Shown here: piece by piece, positions 39,435 to 50,493 of the stretch
How the letters are laid out: each line of letters begins with the position of its first letter
How positions within the stretch are numbered: position 1 is the stretch's first letter
Assembly (NCBI GenBank): GCA_965216785.1
Contig: OZ244197.1
Coordinates: forward strand, 2,528,001 to 2,592,000
Direction of reading: 5' to 3'
DNA: 64,000 nt
DNA from: Thermodesulfobacteriota bacterium
Lineage (GTDB): Bacteria; Desulfobacterota_D; UBA1144; Nemesobacterales; UBA2774
The notes under the pieces: model-generated
What the model saw: only the letters and a program-made list of their open reading frames with translations
Database searches by the model: none
What the model was told of the DNA's origin: nothing
Position numbers and translations under genes: made by a program

Positions 39435-39471
39435 GTCATTGCGAGGTTCCAAAGGAGCCGCGGCAATCCCC
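39435..39471 (+). repeat. 37-nt palindromic extragenic repeat (REP/RPE-like), copy 2
   Basis: gtcattgcgaggttccaaaggagccgcggcaatcccc; same length and flanks as the copy at 14126. Confidence 0.75.
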
Positions 39472-39589
39472 AACAAAAACAGGATCAATCAATCCCCGAA
39501 GCTTTCGAAGGGCTCAGGACAAACTGGATCAGTCTCCTTAAATTAACAACTAGGAAATGGAACAATACAGAAGTTTCAATAAGTTTAAT

Positions 39590-40051
39590 CTAAGATTCGC
39601 TACAGGAAGAGCAAAGCCCGTAAATCTGGAGCTTATGGTCTTTTACGTTAAATTGGTTTAATTTCGCTATCTGGTTCAGACAAAGCTCAATCTGTGTATT
39701 GGCAAACTCATATACATTCCCGCAGTTAGTGCATATCATATGATGATGGTGCTCTGTCTCAGAGCGTATGGGCTCGTAACGCGCCTTGCCGTCACCAAAG
39801 TCCCTTTCTGCGGCGATACCGGACTCTCTGAATAACTTGAGTGTCCTGTACACTGTAGCAAAGCCTATCTTAGGGTGGTTCTTTTTTATATTCTCGTAAA
39901 ACTCCTCAACGGTAACGTGCTTACCCATATAATTATTAAAGAACTCGTCAAAGATAACATCTCTTTGCTTCGTTGACTTAAGCTGCATTCTCGAAATATA
40001 ATCGTTAAGTGTTTTTCTTCGTTCCATTTTTCTTTTTGCCACAGGTGTCAT
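39590..40051 (-). CDS. fur: Fur-family transcriptional regulator
   Basis: TKQRDVI, IGFATVYRTLKL, HHHHMICTNCG, C-terminal CSSC. Metal specificity cannot be determined from this. Confidence 0.88.
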   Translation of the reverse strand: MTPVAKRKMERRKTLNDYISRMQLKSTKQRDVIFDEFFNNYMGKHVTVEEFYENIKKNHPKIGFATVYRTLKLFRESGIAAERDFGDGKARYEPIRSETEHHHHMICTNCGNVYEFANTQIELCLNQIAKLNQFNVKDHKLQIYGLCSSCSES

Positions 40052-40208
40052 ATTTTATTCCTCTTTCCGATATTGAATATAATTATCAATAATAACCTAA
40101 AGAGGATAAAATATCAAGAGGTCAAAGCTACTATTTGCAAATCATTACCATTACGGTCTTTTTAATTGTGATATAATACCCAAGACCTCTTCCAAAGATA
40201 AATATAAC

Positions 40209-41462
40209 ATGCCTCAAAACCCTATACTATATCTAAACTCTCTCGGCCTTCATAAAGTAAAACCCGGCCTGGAAAGAATAAAGAAGATACTTGGAGCCCT
40301 CAATAACCCTGAGCAAAAGGTTCCTGGAATCATTGTCGCCGGCACTAACGGTAAAGGCTCGGTTTCAGCCTCAATTTCCGCAGTACTATGCGAGGCAGGT
40401 TATAAAACGGGTCTCTACACCTCCCCTCATTTGATAAATCTTAATGAGAGAATCAGAATTAATGGAGAAAAGATAAAGGAAAAAGAGCTCACTGATTATA
40501 TCGAACGGGTTAGAAGCGCGTCTGAAAAGAGCGCTGTAGAGCCGAGTTCTTTTGAGGTGCTCACTGCCTGCGCATATCTATATTTTGCCGATAACGACAA
40601 TGATTTTAATATCCTTGAAGTAGGCTTGGGTGGAAGGTGGGACGCGACGAACGTCATTAAACCTCTAGTGTCCGTAATCACCAATATTTCTGCTGACCAT
40701 ACCGAGTACCTGGGGGACAGTCTTTCGGAAATAGCCGCTGAAAAGGCTTGTATTATTAAACCCGCCACACCTGTAGTAACCGGAGCACGGGATGAAGCAC
40801 TCGAAGTAGTAAAGAGCGAAGCAATTAAACACTCTTGCGAGCTATACATATCCGGCAAAGACTTTAAACTGACCCACACCGCAGACAAGGGGCTATGTTA
40901 TATGGGTAATATATGGAATATAGGCAATATTACATCCACCTTAAAAGGATTGTACCAATATGAGAATCTGGCTCTCGCCGTAAAGGTCTTGGAGAAGCTC
41001 GCAGAGTCGGGACAAATAAAACTTGAAGTACAAACATTAAGAGAAGGTCTCTCCAATATCAACTGGGAGGGAAGGTTTCAGATCGTTAGAGATACCCCTC
41101 CCCTTATCCTGGACAGCGCTCACAATTCTGGCGCCGCAAAGGCTCTCATCTCTTCGCTTACAGACAATTATCCGGGTGTTAAGTTTACGTTTCTGATTGC
41201 TATGCTTGAAGATAAAGACCACGGCGCGTTTATAAATGAAATAGCTCAGAATGCAGCTAAGATAATTATTACAAAAGCGCCGTCCGAAAGGAGTGCGGAT
41301 ACAAAGGCTTTATATAATTTTGCCAAAGAGCATACTAATAATGTTGTGATTATAGAGGATTACGAAGAGGCATACAGTGGTTTAATCAAAAACGGCGCAC
41401 CCGGATGCGTCACAGGATCGCTTTACTTAATTGGTGCGCTCCTGGATTTTACTTCTGAATAG
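40209..41462 (+). CDS. folC: Folylpolyglutamate synthase/dihydrofolate synthase
   Basis: VAGTNGKGS, YTSPHL, EVGLGGRWDATNV, WEGRF, DSAHN, GSLYL. Confidence 0.95.
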   Translation: MPQNPILYLNSLGLHKVKPGLERIKKILGALNNPEQKVPGIIVAGTNGKGSVSASISAVLCEAGYKTGLYTSPHLINLNERIRINGEKIKEKELTDYIERVRSASEKSAVEPSSFEVLTACAYLYFADNDNDFNILEVGLGGRWDATNVIKPLVSVITNISADHTEYLGDSLSEIAAEKACIIKPATPVVTGARDEALEVVKSEAIKHSCELYISGKDFKLTHTADKGLCYMGNIWNIGNITSTLKGLYQYENLALAVKVLEKLAESGQIKLEVQTLREGLSNINWEGRFQIVRDTPPLILDSAHNSGAAKALISSLTDNYPGVKFTFLIAMLEDKDHGAFINEIAQNAAKIIITKAPSERSADTKALYNFAKEHTNNVVIIEDYEEAYSGLIKNGAPGCVTGSLYLIGALLDFTSE

Positions 41463-41564
41463 GTTCCAGATATATAAAAATCTAAACTCTATATAAATCA
41501 AATTTATGGTTTCTATGAATAAATTCATGTGCTAGCATTTAAATCACAAAGGAGAGTGTGAATT

Positions 41565-42602
41565 ATGCCCAAAGTTGGAATAGTGCTGGACAAGCTCTAT
41601 GTAGATCACGATAACGGCATGGGCCATCCCGAGACCCATGAGAGGATTCTTGCCATCGTGGACATGCTCAATTTTACTAAGCTCATAGACGAAGTCGTGA
41701 AGATCACGCCGAGAGACGCGACCAAAGAAGAAATCACACTAGTACATACGGCAGAGCATTTTGATAAGATGGCTTCCACGAAAGGTAAACCCAAAGTGTT
41801 TTTGGACGCAGACACCTCCACTTGCCCGGTTTCTTTTGACGCTGCCGTAAGAGCCTCAGGCGGCATGCTATCCGCAATTGATAGCATTCTGGAAGGAGAA
41901 GTAGACAGAGCTATGCCGCTCGTAAGACCCCCCGGGCATCACGCAGAGGCCGACAGGGCTATGGGGTTTTGTCTATTTAACCACGTCGCCGTGGGCGCCG
42001 CATACCTAACACGCATAAAAGGGCTCAGCCGCGTGCTCGTAGTAGACTGGGATTTACACCATGGAAACGGAACGCAGCATATGTTTTATGACGACCCCTC
42101 TGTGCTTTACTTCTCCACACACCAGCACCCCTTTTACCCCGGCACCGGCAGCCTCAACGAAAAAGGAAGCGGAGAGGGAGAAGGCTATAATATTAATGTC
42201 CCCCTGCCCCCGGGTATGGGAGACTCAGAGTACATTAAGATATTCACCGAGATATTAGCTCCTGTAGTAAAGCAATTTAAACCTGAGTTTATTCTGGTTT
42301 CTGCAGGTTTCGACACATTCCTGGAAGACCCTCTAGGAGGCATGAAAGTCACCCCCGAAGGGTTCGCCAAGCAGACGAGATTCCTAACAGACCTTGCCGA
42401 TAAGTACTGCCGAGGCAAGGTTGTGTTCATTTTGGAAGGCGGCTACAACCTAGACGGCCTGTGGATATCGAGCAAAGAAGTAGTCGAAGAGCTGCTTGAC
42501 AAAAAGAAAAGTGATTACAGTGTACTAGAAGACACTGCTCAAGTAGATTCTATTATAGAAAATGTAAAAAAAGAGTACTCAAAATACTGGGATTTTAGCT
42601 GA
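41565..42602 (+). CDS. Histone-deacetylase-family (Zn-dependent) deacetylase
   Basis: GHPE, RPPGHHA, GFCLFN, DWDLHHGNGTQ, SAGFD, LEGGY. Confidence 0.93.
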   Translation: MPKVGIVLDKLYVDHDNGMGHPETHERILAIVDMLNFTKLIDEVVKITPRDATKEEITLVHTAEHFDKMASTKGKPKVFLDADTSTCPVSFDAAVRASGGMLSAIDSILEGEVDRAMPLVRPPGHHAEADRAMGFCLFNHVAVGAAYLTRIKGLSRVLVVDWDLHHGNGTQHMFYDDPSVLYFSTHQHPFYPGTGSLNEKGSGEGEGYNINVPLPPGMGDSEYIKIFTEILAPVVKQFKPEFILVSAGFDTFLEDPLGGMKVTPEGFAKQTRFLTDLADKYCRGKVVFILEGGYNLDGLWISSKEVVEELLDKKKSDYSVLEDTAQVDSIIENVKKEYSKYWDFS

Positions 42603-43434
42603 CCCTGCTCTTACGCATCTCTTTTCTATAGTCCTTTCCCTCAAGATACATAAACTCGCACATCTCATAGAGCCTTGAAGCGATCCTCTCCCCTATCCTG
42701 ACCTCAAGAATCTCCTTATCCTCACCTATCTCCCTTGCAATGTCAGAGGAGATATAATTTGTTGTAATTACGGTTTTCTTTGAAGAGTTATAACGTTTGG
42801 ATATGAGCTGGTCCAGTATGTTAAGTTCCCATTCGTTACTCCTTCCCTTACCAAGCTCATCTATCACCAGAACCTCTGTCTCTATAAGAGGGACTATAAC
42901 TTCATTTTCAGGAGTACCTTCAGAGTAGGCCTGTTTTAACTCTGAGAGAAGATAAAAGAAGTCTTTAAACATGCATCTCACACCGTGATAAAGCGTAAGC
43001 TCGGAAATCGTTCCGATAGCAAGGTGTGTTTTGCCCAAACCGGACGGACCCATTAACAAAAAACCCTTTTTAGTAGGGTATTTCTTAACAAATTCGTTCT
43101 TTGCGTATGTAAGCGCGTGTTGAAGGGGTTTATTTATTTTCCTCGGATCGAGTCCCGCGTCCACCTGAAGAACGCGTGAATACTTAGCGGGCACGCCCGC
43201 CAGGTTATAGAGCTTAACGTTTCTCCTGACTACGCCGCAGAGACTGCATGGGGCAACATAGGAGTAACCGCTTTTTTTCTGAGACAATACGCTTCCCGAC
43301 CCCCCGCACTCAACACAGTGCTCGATACAGCTGCAAAGCTCCGCGCGTGCATATGTCTCGCCCTCTAATACGTGAAACCCCGAATAGTGACAATCGTCAC
43401 AGCCCACCTGCTGTCTTTTAATCTCCATACTCAC
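42595..43434 (-). CDS. DnaC/DnaI/IstB-like AAA+ ATPase with an N-terminal Cys-rich zinc-binding region
   Basis: CxxC clusters, GPSGLGKTHLA Walker A, VLVIDELGK Walker B, ITTN, RIASRLYEMC, GKDYR. Confidence 0.85.
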   Translation of the reverse strand: MSMEIKRQQVGCDDCHYSGFHVLEGETYARAELCSCIEHCVECGGSGSVLSQKKSGYSYVAPCSLCGVVRRNVKLYNLAGVPAKYSRVLQVDAGLDPRKINKPLQHALTYAKNEFVKKYPTKKGFLLMGPSGLGKTHLAIGTISELTLYHGVRCMFKDFFYLLSELKQAYSEGTPENEVIVPLIETEVLVIDELGKGRSNEWELNILDQLISKRYNSSKKTVITTNYISSDIAREIGEDKEILEVRIGERIASRLYEMCEFMYLEGKDYRKEMRKSRVS

Positions 43435-43436
43435 CG

Positions 43437-44093
43437 TCAGTCGTAACTATACAAATACTTAACTCCATACTTATTATGAATGATTTCATTCCGAAATGAT
43501 ATAACGCTCTCAGAAAACGCCTTCTCCGTCATGTAGCGCCCCCTTCCCTTCACCCTAGTTTCAGCATCGAGCGCAATCGTGCTCCTTTCCTCTTCAGGAA
43601 GAGCATTAAAGAATTTCTCCAAGCAATCAGCCTCAATAGACAGAATCCTGCCTAGGACATTCTCTTCGGGGGCTCCTTCCAAGTCCAAAACCCTGTTTCT
43701 CAGCATTATATAATAATCACGCACATCTGTCCTTTTCTCCTCGTTTATATAGCCGCCTAGCTTTTGTGCGGCTTCGCCGATAATCCCCGTGTGTTCCTTA
43801 TTTGATTCCTCAGATATTTTCCTCTCTTTTAAGGGGCTGTACTCCTCTATACTCTCCTCGATAAATGAAGAACACTGCTTCATGCTTCTTACTCTATTCT
43901 TCCCATCGTCATCATCTGCATTTAGCTTCTCAAATGCCCTACTTATTCCCCGGAGCACAACCTCTTTAGGTATTTGTCTGTCCCGGAGCTTCGATATCAC
44001 CGTGTAGTCCTCAGAAGAGAGCATAATCCCCTCCCCCGCTAGCGAGAGAAAATACTTCTCCACATCCCTAATATACCCGCCGCTATCAGTCAT
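43437..44093 (-). CDS. Hypothetical protein, possibly DnaD/DnaB_2-like
   Basis: LSSED...IPKEVVLRGISRAFE helical pattern (inference). It overlaps rpe and ends 2 nt before the DnaC-like gene. Confidence 0.6.
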   Translation of the reverse strand: MTDSGGYIRDVEKYFLSLAGEGIMLSSEDYTVISKLRDRQIPKEVVLRGISRAFEKLNADDDDGKNRVRSMKQCSSFIEESIEEYSPLKERKISEESNKEHTGIIGEAAQKLGGYINEEKRTDVRDYYIMLRNRVLDLEGAPEENVLGRILSIEADCLEKFFNALPEEERSTIALDAETRVKGRGRYMTEKAFSESVISFRNEIIHNKYGVKYLYSYD

Positions 44094-44763
44094 CGTTTCC
44101 CTGGGCCAGCCCCCTCATCTCAGCTATTGTCTCGGTATAATCAGATGTGCCGAAGATTCCCGAGCCTGAGACTATTACGTCAGCGCCCGCATCGGCAATC
44201 AGTTTTACGTTGTCTAACTTTATGCCTCCGTCGACTTGAATCAGGGGTCTATGATCCCGCCCGTCAATAATCTCGCGCAGCCTACTTACCTTGGGCGCCA
44301 TTGAGGGAATGAACTTTTGTCCCGGAAAGCCTGGCTCAACGGTCATTACAAGTACCATGTCAACGTAGTCAAGAATTTCCTCAAGAGCCGATAACGGGGT
44401 CATCGGGCAGATAGCAACGCCTGCCGAAACGCCCCTTGCCTTGATCCTTGAAATGGCGTTATGAAGCAGCCTTGTGGTCTCGTACTGAACTGTGATGCCG
44501 AGCACTGAATCCCCTCCCGCGTCAATGAACTTTTCAGAGAATTCCTCAGGCTTTTCTATTTGCAGGTGTATATCTAAAGGCGGGGTCTCAGTACGGGATA
44601 GAGCCTCGACGATAGGCAATCCGAGCGTTAGGTTAGGCACGTAGTGACCGTCCATAATGTCTACATGTATCCAGTCGGCACCGGCTTCTTTGATTGCGCG
44701 TATTTCTTCTCCTAATATCGTAAAATCGGCTGAAAGTACCGAGGGTGCAATTAATTTCTTCAT
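44086..44763 (-). CDS. rpe: Ribulose-phosphate 3-epimerase
   Basis: IAPSVLSADF, HVDIMDGHYVPNLT, MTVEPGFPGQKF, VDGGI. Confidence 0.95.
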   Translation of the reverse strand: MKKLIAPSVLSADFTILGEEIRAIKEAGADWIHVDIMDGHYVPNLTLGLPIVEALSRTETPPLDIHLQIEKPEEFSEKFIDAGGDSVLGITVQYETTRLLHNAISRIKARGVSAGVAICPMTPLSALEEILDYVDMVLVMTVEPGFPGQKFIPSMAPKVSRLREIIDGRDHRPLIQVDGGIKLDNVKLIADAGADVIVSGSGIFGTSDYTETIAEMRGLAQGNDD

Positions 44764-44893
44764 ATGTATTTCCTTTAAAAGAGTGAGTTTGAATATCGCT
44801 AGTACACAGGCCTCGGATTATACCATGCTGAGCGCAATACGCGCTAGTGCAAATGATAATCTCTAACATTGATCTGGGCTCCTGAGCGCAAGC

Positions 44894-44922
44894 TTGACAG
44901 TTACCCGAAAACTATTTACCAT
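44894..44922 (+). promoter_or_regulatory. Sigma70-type promoter of metK-ahcY
   Basis: TTGACA, 17-nt spacer, TACCAT, about 45 nt upstream of the metK ATG. Confidence 0.55.
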
Positions 44923-44967
44923 ACACGCTTTTATAATCTAACCCTCATTACACACAGGAATAATTTT

Positions 44968-46128
44968 ATGTCACTTAAAAACTTTATCTTTACCTCGGAG
45001 TCCGTAACCGAGGGTCATCCGGACAAGATGTCCGATCAAATCTCTGACGCGGTGCTTGACGCCATGATAAATGACGACCCTCACAGCAGAGTTGCCTGTG
45101 AGACACTCATTACGACTGGGCTTGTAGTAATTGCCGGAGAAGTAACCACTAAAGCCGTAGTGGATATTAACCACATAGTTAGGAATAAAATCAGAGAGAT
45201 CGGCTACACCGACAGCTCCATGGGGTTTGACGCCCACACTTGCTCTGTGCTCGTAGCAATGGACGAGCAGTCCCCCGATATTGCGCTTGGCGTTAATTCA
45301 AGCGAAAACAAGGAGCAGGGAGCGGGCGACCAGGGACTTATGTTCGGATACGCAATCGACGAAACACCAGAGCTTATGCCAACCCCTATAATGTACGCGC
45401 ACAAGCTATCCAAAAAATTAACGGACGTCAGAAAATCAGGCAAGCTGCCGTATCTTAGACCTGACGGTAAGTCGCAGGTCACGGTGCGTTACGAGCAAGG
45501 CAAGCCCGTAGGGCTCGATGCAATAGTGATATCTTCACAGCACGCGCCTGACATAGAGCAGAAAACAATTTATGAGCAGGTTCTGGAAGAGGTAATAAAA
45601 CCCTGTGTAGACGAAACTATGATCTCCGACAAAACCAAAATATATGTAAACCCAACAGGCTCGTTCGTTACCGGCGGCCCGATGGGCGACGCTGGACTTA
45701 CGGGAAGAAAGATTATCATCGACACCTACGGGGGCTGGGCAAGACACGGCGGCGGAGCGTTTTCGGGAAAAGACCCTTCAAAGGTTGACCGCAGCGCAGC
45801 TTACATGGCGCGCTATGTGGCAAAGAACATAGTTGCCGGAGGTCTGGCCAAAGAATGCGAGGTACAGCTCGCCTACGCGATTGGTGTGCCTGAGCCTGTG
45901 TCCGTAATGGTAGAGACATTTGGTTCGAGCGAGATACCAGAGGAAACGCTGTCAAACGCGGTAAGGGAAGTATTCGATCTCACACCGGCAGGCATCATCA
46001 AATCCTTAAATCTTCTAACACCTATTTATCAGGAAACCGCGGCTTACGGCCACTTCGGCAGAGACGGCGCCGGATTTACCTGGGAAGAGACCGATAAAGT
46101 TCAGGACTTACAAAAAGCGGTCGGATAA
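44968..46128 (+). CDS. metK: S-adenosylmethionine synthetase
   Basis: [35 protein letters not shown]. The start was moved to the ATG at 44968. Confidence 0.97.
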   Translation: MSLKNFIFTSESVTEGHPDKMSDQISDAVLDAMINDDPHSRVACETLITTGLVVIAGEVTTKAVVDINHIVRNKIREIGYTDSSMGFDAHTCSVLVAMDEQSPDIALGVNSSENKEQGAGDQGLMFGYAIDETPELMPTPIMYAHKLSKKLTDVRKSGKLPYLRPDGKSQVTVRYEQGKPVGLDAIVISSQHAPDIEQKTIYEQVLEEVIKPCVDETMISDKTKIYVNPTGSFVTGGPMGDAGLTGRKIIIDTYGGWARHGGGAFSGKDPSKVDRSAAYMARYVAKNIVAGGLAKECEVQLAYAIGVPEPVSVMVETFGSSEIPEETLSNAVREVFDLTPAGIIKSLNLLTPIYQETAAYGHFGRDGAGFTWEETDKVQDLQKAVG

Positions 46129-46135
46129 CTTATAA

Positions 46136-47425
<1,290 letters not shown>

Positions 47426-47445
47426 TACTGTAATATTCTTAACTT

Positions 47446-48333
47446 ATGCAAGCTCTCCTGGACTCGTTCCTCTCATACCTGGCAGTAGAGAAAGGACTGT
47501 CTGAGAATACTCTTGAGTCCTACGGGAGAGACGTTAAGAAGTTCATCGAGTACTTAGACAAAGAGAAAATCACGGCTATTTCAGATGTGAAATACCGCCA
47601 TATTGCCGATTTTCTTACCCATTCCAAAGAAAAGGGGTTTACCGCAACCACTATAGTGCGCTCTATAGTGTCCATAAAGCAGTTCTTCAAATATCTTATT
47701 GTTGAAAAACTTATTGCGGAAGACCCCGCTTCCCAGATAAAAACGCCAAAAATGAAAAAAAGCATCCCGGGCGTTATCTCACTCGATGATGTTGAAACCC
47801 TGCTCGGGGCCCCTGACGAGTCTACTCCCGAGGGCCTTAGGGACTCCGCTATGATTGAGGTTCTGTACGCTACCGGCATCCGGGTATCCGAGCTCATCGG
47901 TCTTAAGCTAAATGACGTTAACTTCGATCACGGGTACGTCATCGTATACGGCAAAGGCTCCAAGGAAAGGATCGTACCCCTGGGAGAGGCAGCCAGAGAA
48001 AAGCTGCAGAACTATTTAATGGAAGCAAGACCCCTGATACTTAAATCAAAAGAGGCCAAAGCGCTTTTTGTAACCAGGAGGGGAAGCGGGATGACAAGAC
48101 AGGGGTTCTGGAAATTAATCAAGAATTACGGCCTTAAGGCAGGAATATCCAAGAAAATCAGCCCCCATACTCTCCGCCATTCCTTTGCCACTCATCTGCT
48201 GGAAAGAGGCGCTGATCTAAGAACCATACAAATAATGCTCGGCCACTCGGACATTTCCACGACCCAGATCTACACGCACGTAGAGAGTGAGAGGCTTAAG
48301 GAAATCCACAAGAAATACCATCCAAGGTCTTAA
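47446..48333 (+). CDS. xerD: Site-specific tyrosine recombinase XerD
   Basis: EKGLSENT, YATGIRVSEL, GKGSKER, TRQGFW, SPHTLRHSFATHLL, LGH, TTQIYTHV, HPRS. Confidence 0.93.
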   Translation: MQALLDSFLSYLAVEKGLSENTLESYGRDVKKFIEYLDKEKITAISDVKYRHIADFLTHSKEKGFTATTIVRSIVSIKQFFKYLIVEKLIAEDPASQIKTPKMKKSIPGVISLDDVETLLGAPDESTPEGLRDSAMIEVLYATGIRVSELIGLKLNDVNFDHGYVIVYGKGSKERIVPLGEAAREKLQNYLMEARPLILKSKEAKALFVTRRGSGMTRQGFWKLIKNYGLKAGISKKISPHTLRHSFATHLLERGADLRTIQIMLGHSDISTTQIYTHVESERLKEIHKKYHPRS

Positions 48334-48420
48334 ATCAAAAGATATATTTGAATACTGCACTGTCGTAAAATTTTACAGATTGAGTATATTACTTGAAACT
48401 GTATTTAACCTAACCTGACT

Positions 48421-49113
48421 ATGAATTTCGATTTCTTAAACAACATAAATCTGGGCCTTATCCTGATTCAGGCCCCGGCTATATTATTCGCGCTTACGAT
48501 TCACGAGTACTTTCACGGCTGGACAGCCAATAAGCTCGGTGATAGGACGGCAGAACTGAACGGAAGGCTCACGCTTAACCCCATAGCTCACCTTGATGTG
48601 CTGGGCACCATACTCATGTTCGTTGTGGGCTTTGGTTGGGCAAAACCTGTTCCGATAAACGCCATGAACTTTAAGGACCCAAAGAAAGGCACTCTTCTTG
48701 TCGCTATAGCAGGCCCCCTTTCCAACCTCGCAACAGCTGTCGTAGCAGGCTTGGTTATCAGCTATATGGTCCCAAAAATGATTACGGGTGAGCTTGTTTT
48801 CGAGGGCGCGTACGCTATGATACCCGTATTCATCATACTTTCGTTCGTCTATGGCATAGCGCTCGCTATTTTCAACATGATTCCAATCCCCCCGCTTGAC
48901 GGCTCGAGGGTGCTCTACGCGGTACTGCCCGATAACCAGCTCAGAGTGTATAGCCAATTTGAGCGCTACGGTGTACTGATTTTGTTCGGCCTATTCATAT
49001 TTGCGGACGGGATATTTAGATATATTTTCATACCCGTGTCTCTTATATCAGAATTGCTGTCGGGCTACAGTTTCGGACAACTTTGGGGTATTATAGGACA
49101 GTTGATAGGATGA
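48421..49113 (+). CDS. Site-2 protease family (M50) membrane metalloprotease
   Basis: HEYFH, GWAKPVP, AGPLSN, FNMIPIPPLDG. Confidence 0.92.
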   Translation: MNFDFLNNINLGLILIQAPAILFALTIHEYFHGWTANKLGDRTAELNGRLTLNPIAHLDVLGTILMFVVGFGWAKPVPINAMNFKDPKKGTLLVAIAGPLSNLATAVVAGLVISYMVPKMITGELVFEGAYAMIPVFIILSFVYGIALAIFNMIPIPPLDGSRVLYAVLPDNQLRVYSQFERYGVLILFGLFIFADGIFRYIFIPVSLISELLSGYSFGQLWGIIGQLIG

Positions 49114-49883
49114 AGAACCAGATACCGGGTGCGGGACCGCTCGAGCCCAAAGAGCCTTGCGTAATCAAGATAAACCTCTTTGAAGGCCCCTTGGACCTCC
49201 TCCTTCACCTTATAAAGAAAAACGAGATGGATATATACGATATAAAGGTCGCCGCCATAACGGACCAGTATATCGAGTATCTTGAGCTAATGAAGGAGCT
49301 AAACCTGGAAGTTGCGGGCGATTACCTGGTAATAGCTGCAGAGCTATCCCTTCTGAAATCCAAAATGCTCCTTCCCAAGCCGGTCATAGAAGAGGATGAG
49401 GAAGACCCGAGAGCGGAGCTTGTAAGAAGGCTCCTTGAGTACCAGATTTACCAGGATGCCGCCTCTGATCTGTTTAAGGGAGAAGTTCTTGGCAGGGACG
49501 TTTTTAAGAGAGAACCAGGCACCGAAGAATTGAGCATTGAAGAAGAAGTCGAGCTTGTACCGGTTAACCTGTGGTCGCTCATTGAAGCGTTTCGGGAATT
49601 TTACGACAGGAAAAAAGAGCTCTGGGCCGAGGACCTGGCGTTTATTACTGAAGAAGTAACGATTGAGGAAAAGCTCGAGCTTGTTTTAGATAAAATCAGA
49701 ACGCTCGGAGAAATCGGCTTAGAGCGATTGTTTTCAGAATGTGAGTCCAAGTTTGATCTTATATTAACATTTCTATCTCTACTAGAGCTCGTCAGGATGG
49801 ATTCGATACACATTGTTAGGGAGACGCCTGACTCTCAAATAATATTAGTCTATGCGGGAGAAAACCACTTTGGATCGATCTGA
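49110..49883 (+). CDS. scpA: Segregation and condensation protein A (kleisin)
   Basis: FEGPLDLLLHLI, ITDQY, KSKMLLP, DPRAELVRRLLEY, TFLSLLEL; ATGA overlap with the upstream gene. Confidence 0.93.
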   Translation: MKNQIPGAGPLEPKEPCVIKINLFEGPLDLLLHLIKKNEMDIYDIKVAAITDQYIEYLELMKELNLEVAGDYLVIAAELSLLKSKMLLPKPVIEEDEEDPRAELVRRLLEYQIYQDAASDLFKGEVLGRDVFKREPGTEELSIEEEVELVPVNLWSLIEAFREFYDRKKELWAEDLAFITEEVTIEEKLELVLDKIRTLGEIGLERLFSECESKFDLILTFLSLLELVRMDSIHIVRETPDSQIILVYAGENHFGSI

Positions 49884-50493
49884 TTTAAAAAAGTCAATTG
49901 AAAGCATAATATTCGTATCCGGAGAGCCTGTGAGTGTGGATAAGATAGCTCAGGTGTTTCCCGATATAGAACGTTCAGAATTAAGACAATGTCTCAAGGA
50001 GCTCATTACAGAATGGGAAGAGATGGGAAGAGGTTTTTTTCTTGCCAATGTGTCGGGCGGATACCAGTTCAGGACAGCGCCCGGCTCTAGCGATCATATT
50101 ACAAACTTCCTAAAAAGGGTCAAAAAATTCCGTCTCAGCCGCGCGGCGCTTGAGGTAATTGCTATTATTGCTTACAAGCAGCCTGTAACAAGGGTTGAGA
50201 TCGAGAGCATTAGGGGTGTTGACTGCTCCGGTGTAATAAACGTTTTGTTAGAGCGGCAGATTATAGAGATTAAAGGGAGAAAAGAGGTTATCGGAAAACC
50301 CTTCCTATACGGCACGACAGGCGAGTTTCTTGAGGTTTTCGGTTTAAAGAGCCTTAGCGACTTACCCACCTTAAAGGAGATAGACGAAATCAGCCAAAAC
50401 CTCGAAACAGGTATCCCGGCTGTAGAGGAAGAGCCCCCTCAGCAAGAGGAGCCTCAAACACAAAATCCCCCCGGCGCCATTCATGAAACCTGA
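49852..50493 (+). CDS. scpB: Segregation and condensation protein B
   Basis: GGYQFRT, LSRAALEVIAIIAYKQPVTR, IRGVD, YGTT..FL..FGL..L.DLP. Confidence 0.95.
   Translation: MREKTTLDRSDLKKSIESIIFVSGEPVSVDKIAQVFPDIERSELRQCLKELITEWEEMGRGFFLANVSGGYQFRTAPGSSDHITNFLKRVKKFRLSRAALEVIAIIAYKQPVTRVEIESIRGVDCSGVINVLLERQIIEIKGRKEVIGKPFLYGTTGEFLEVFGLKSLSDLPTLKEIDEISQNLETGIPAVEEEPPQQEEPQTQNPPGAIHET

Noticed and set aside
42595-43434. IS21 IstB helper indicating an insertion sequence
   Set aside because: There is no IstA transposase and no terminal inverted repeats, and the gene is coupled to rpe.
44764-44967. Possible SAM riboswitch upstream of metK-ahcY
   Set aside because: No SAM-I or SAM-II core motif was recognised, and the predicted promoter leaves only about 40 nt of leader.
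47446-48333. Tyrosine recombinase as a prophage or island integrase
   Set aside because: The motifs and the xerD-S2P-scpA-scpB context indicate housekeeping XerD; no att sites or phage genes are nearby.
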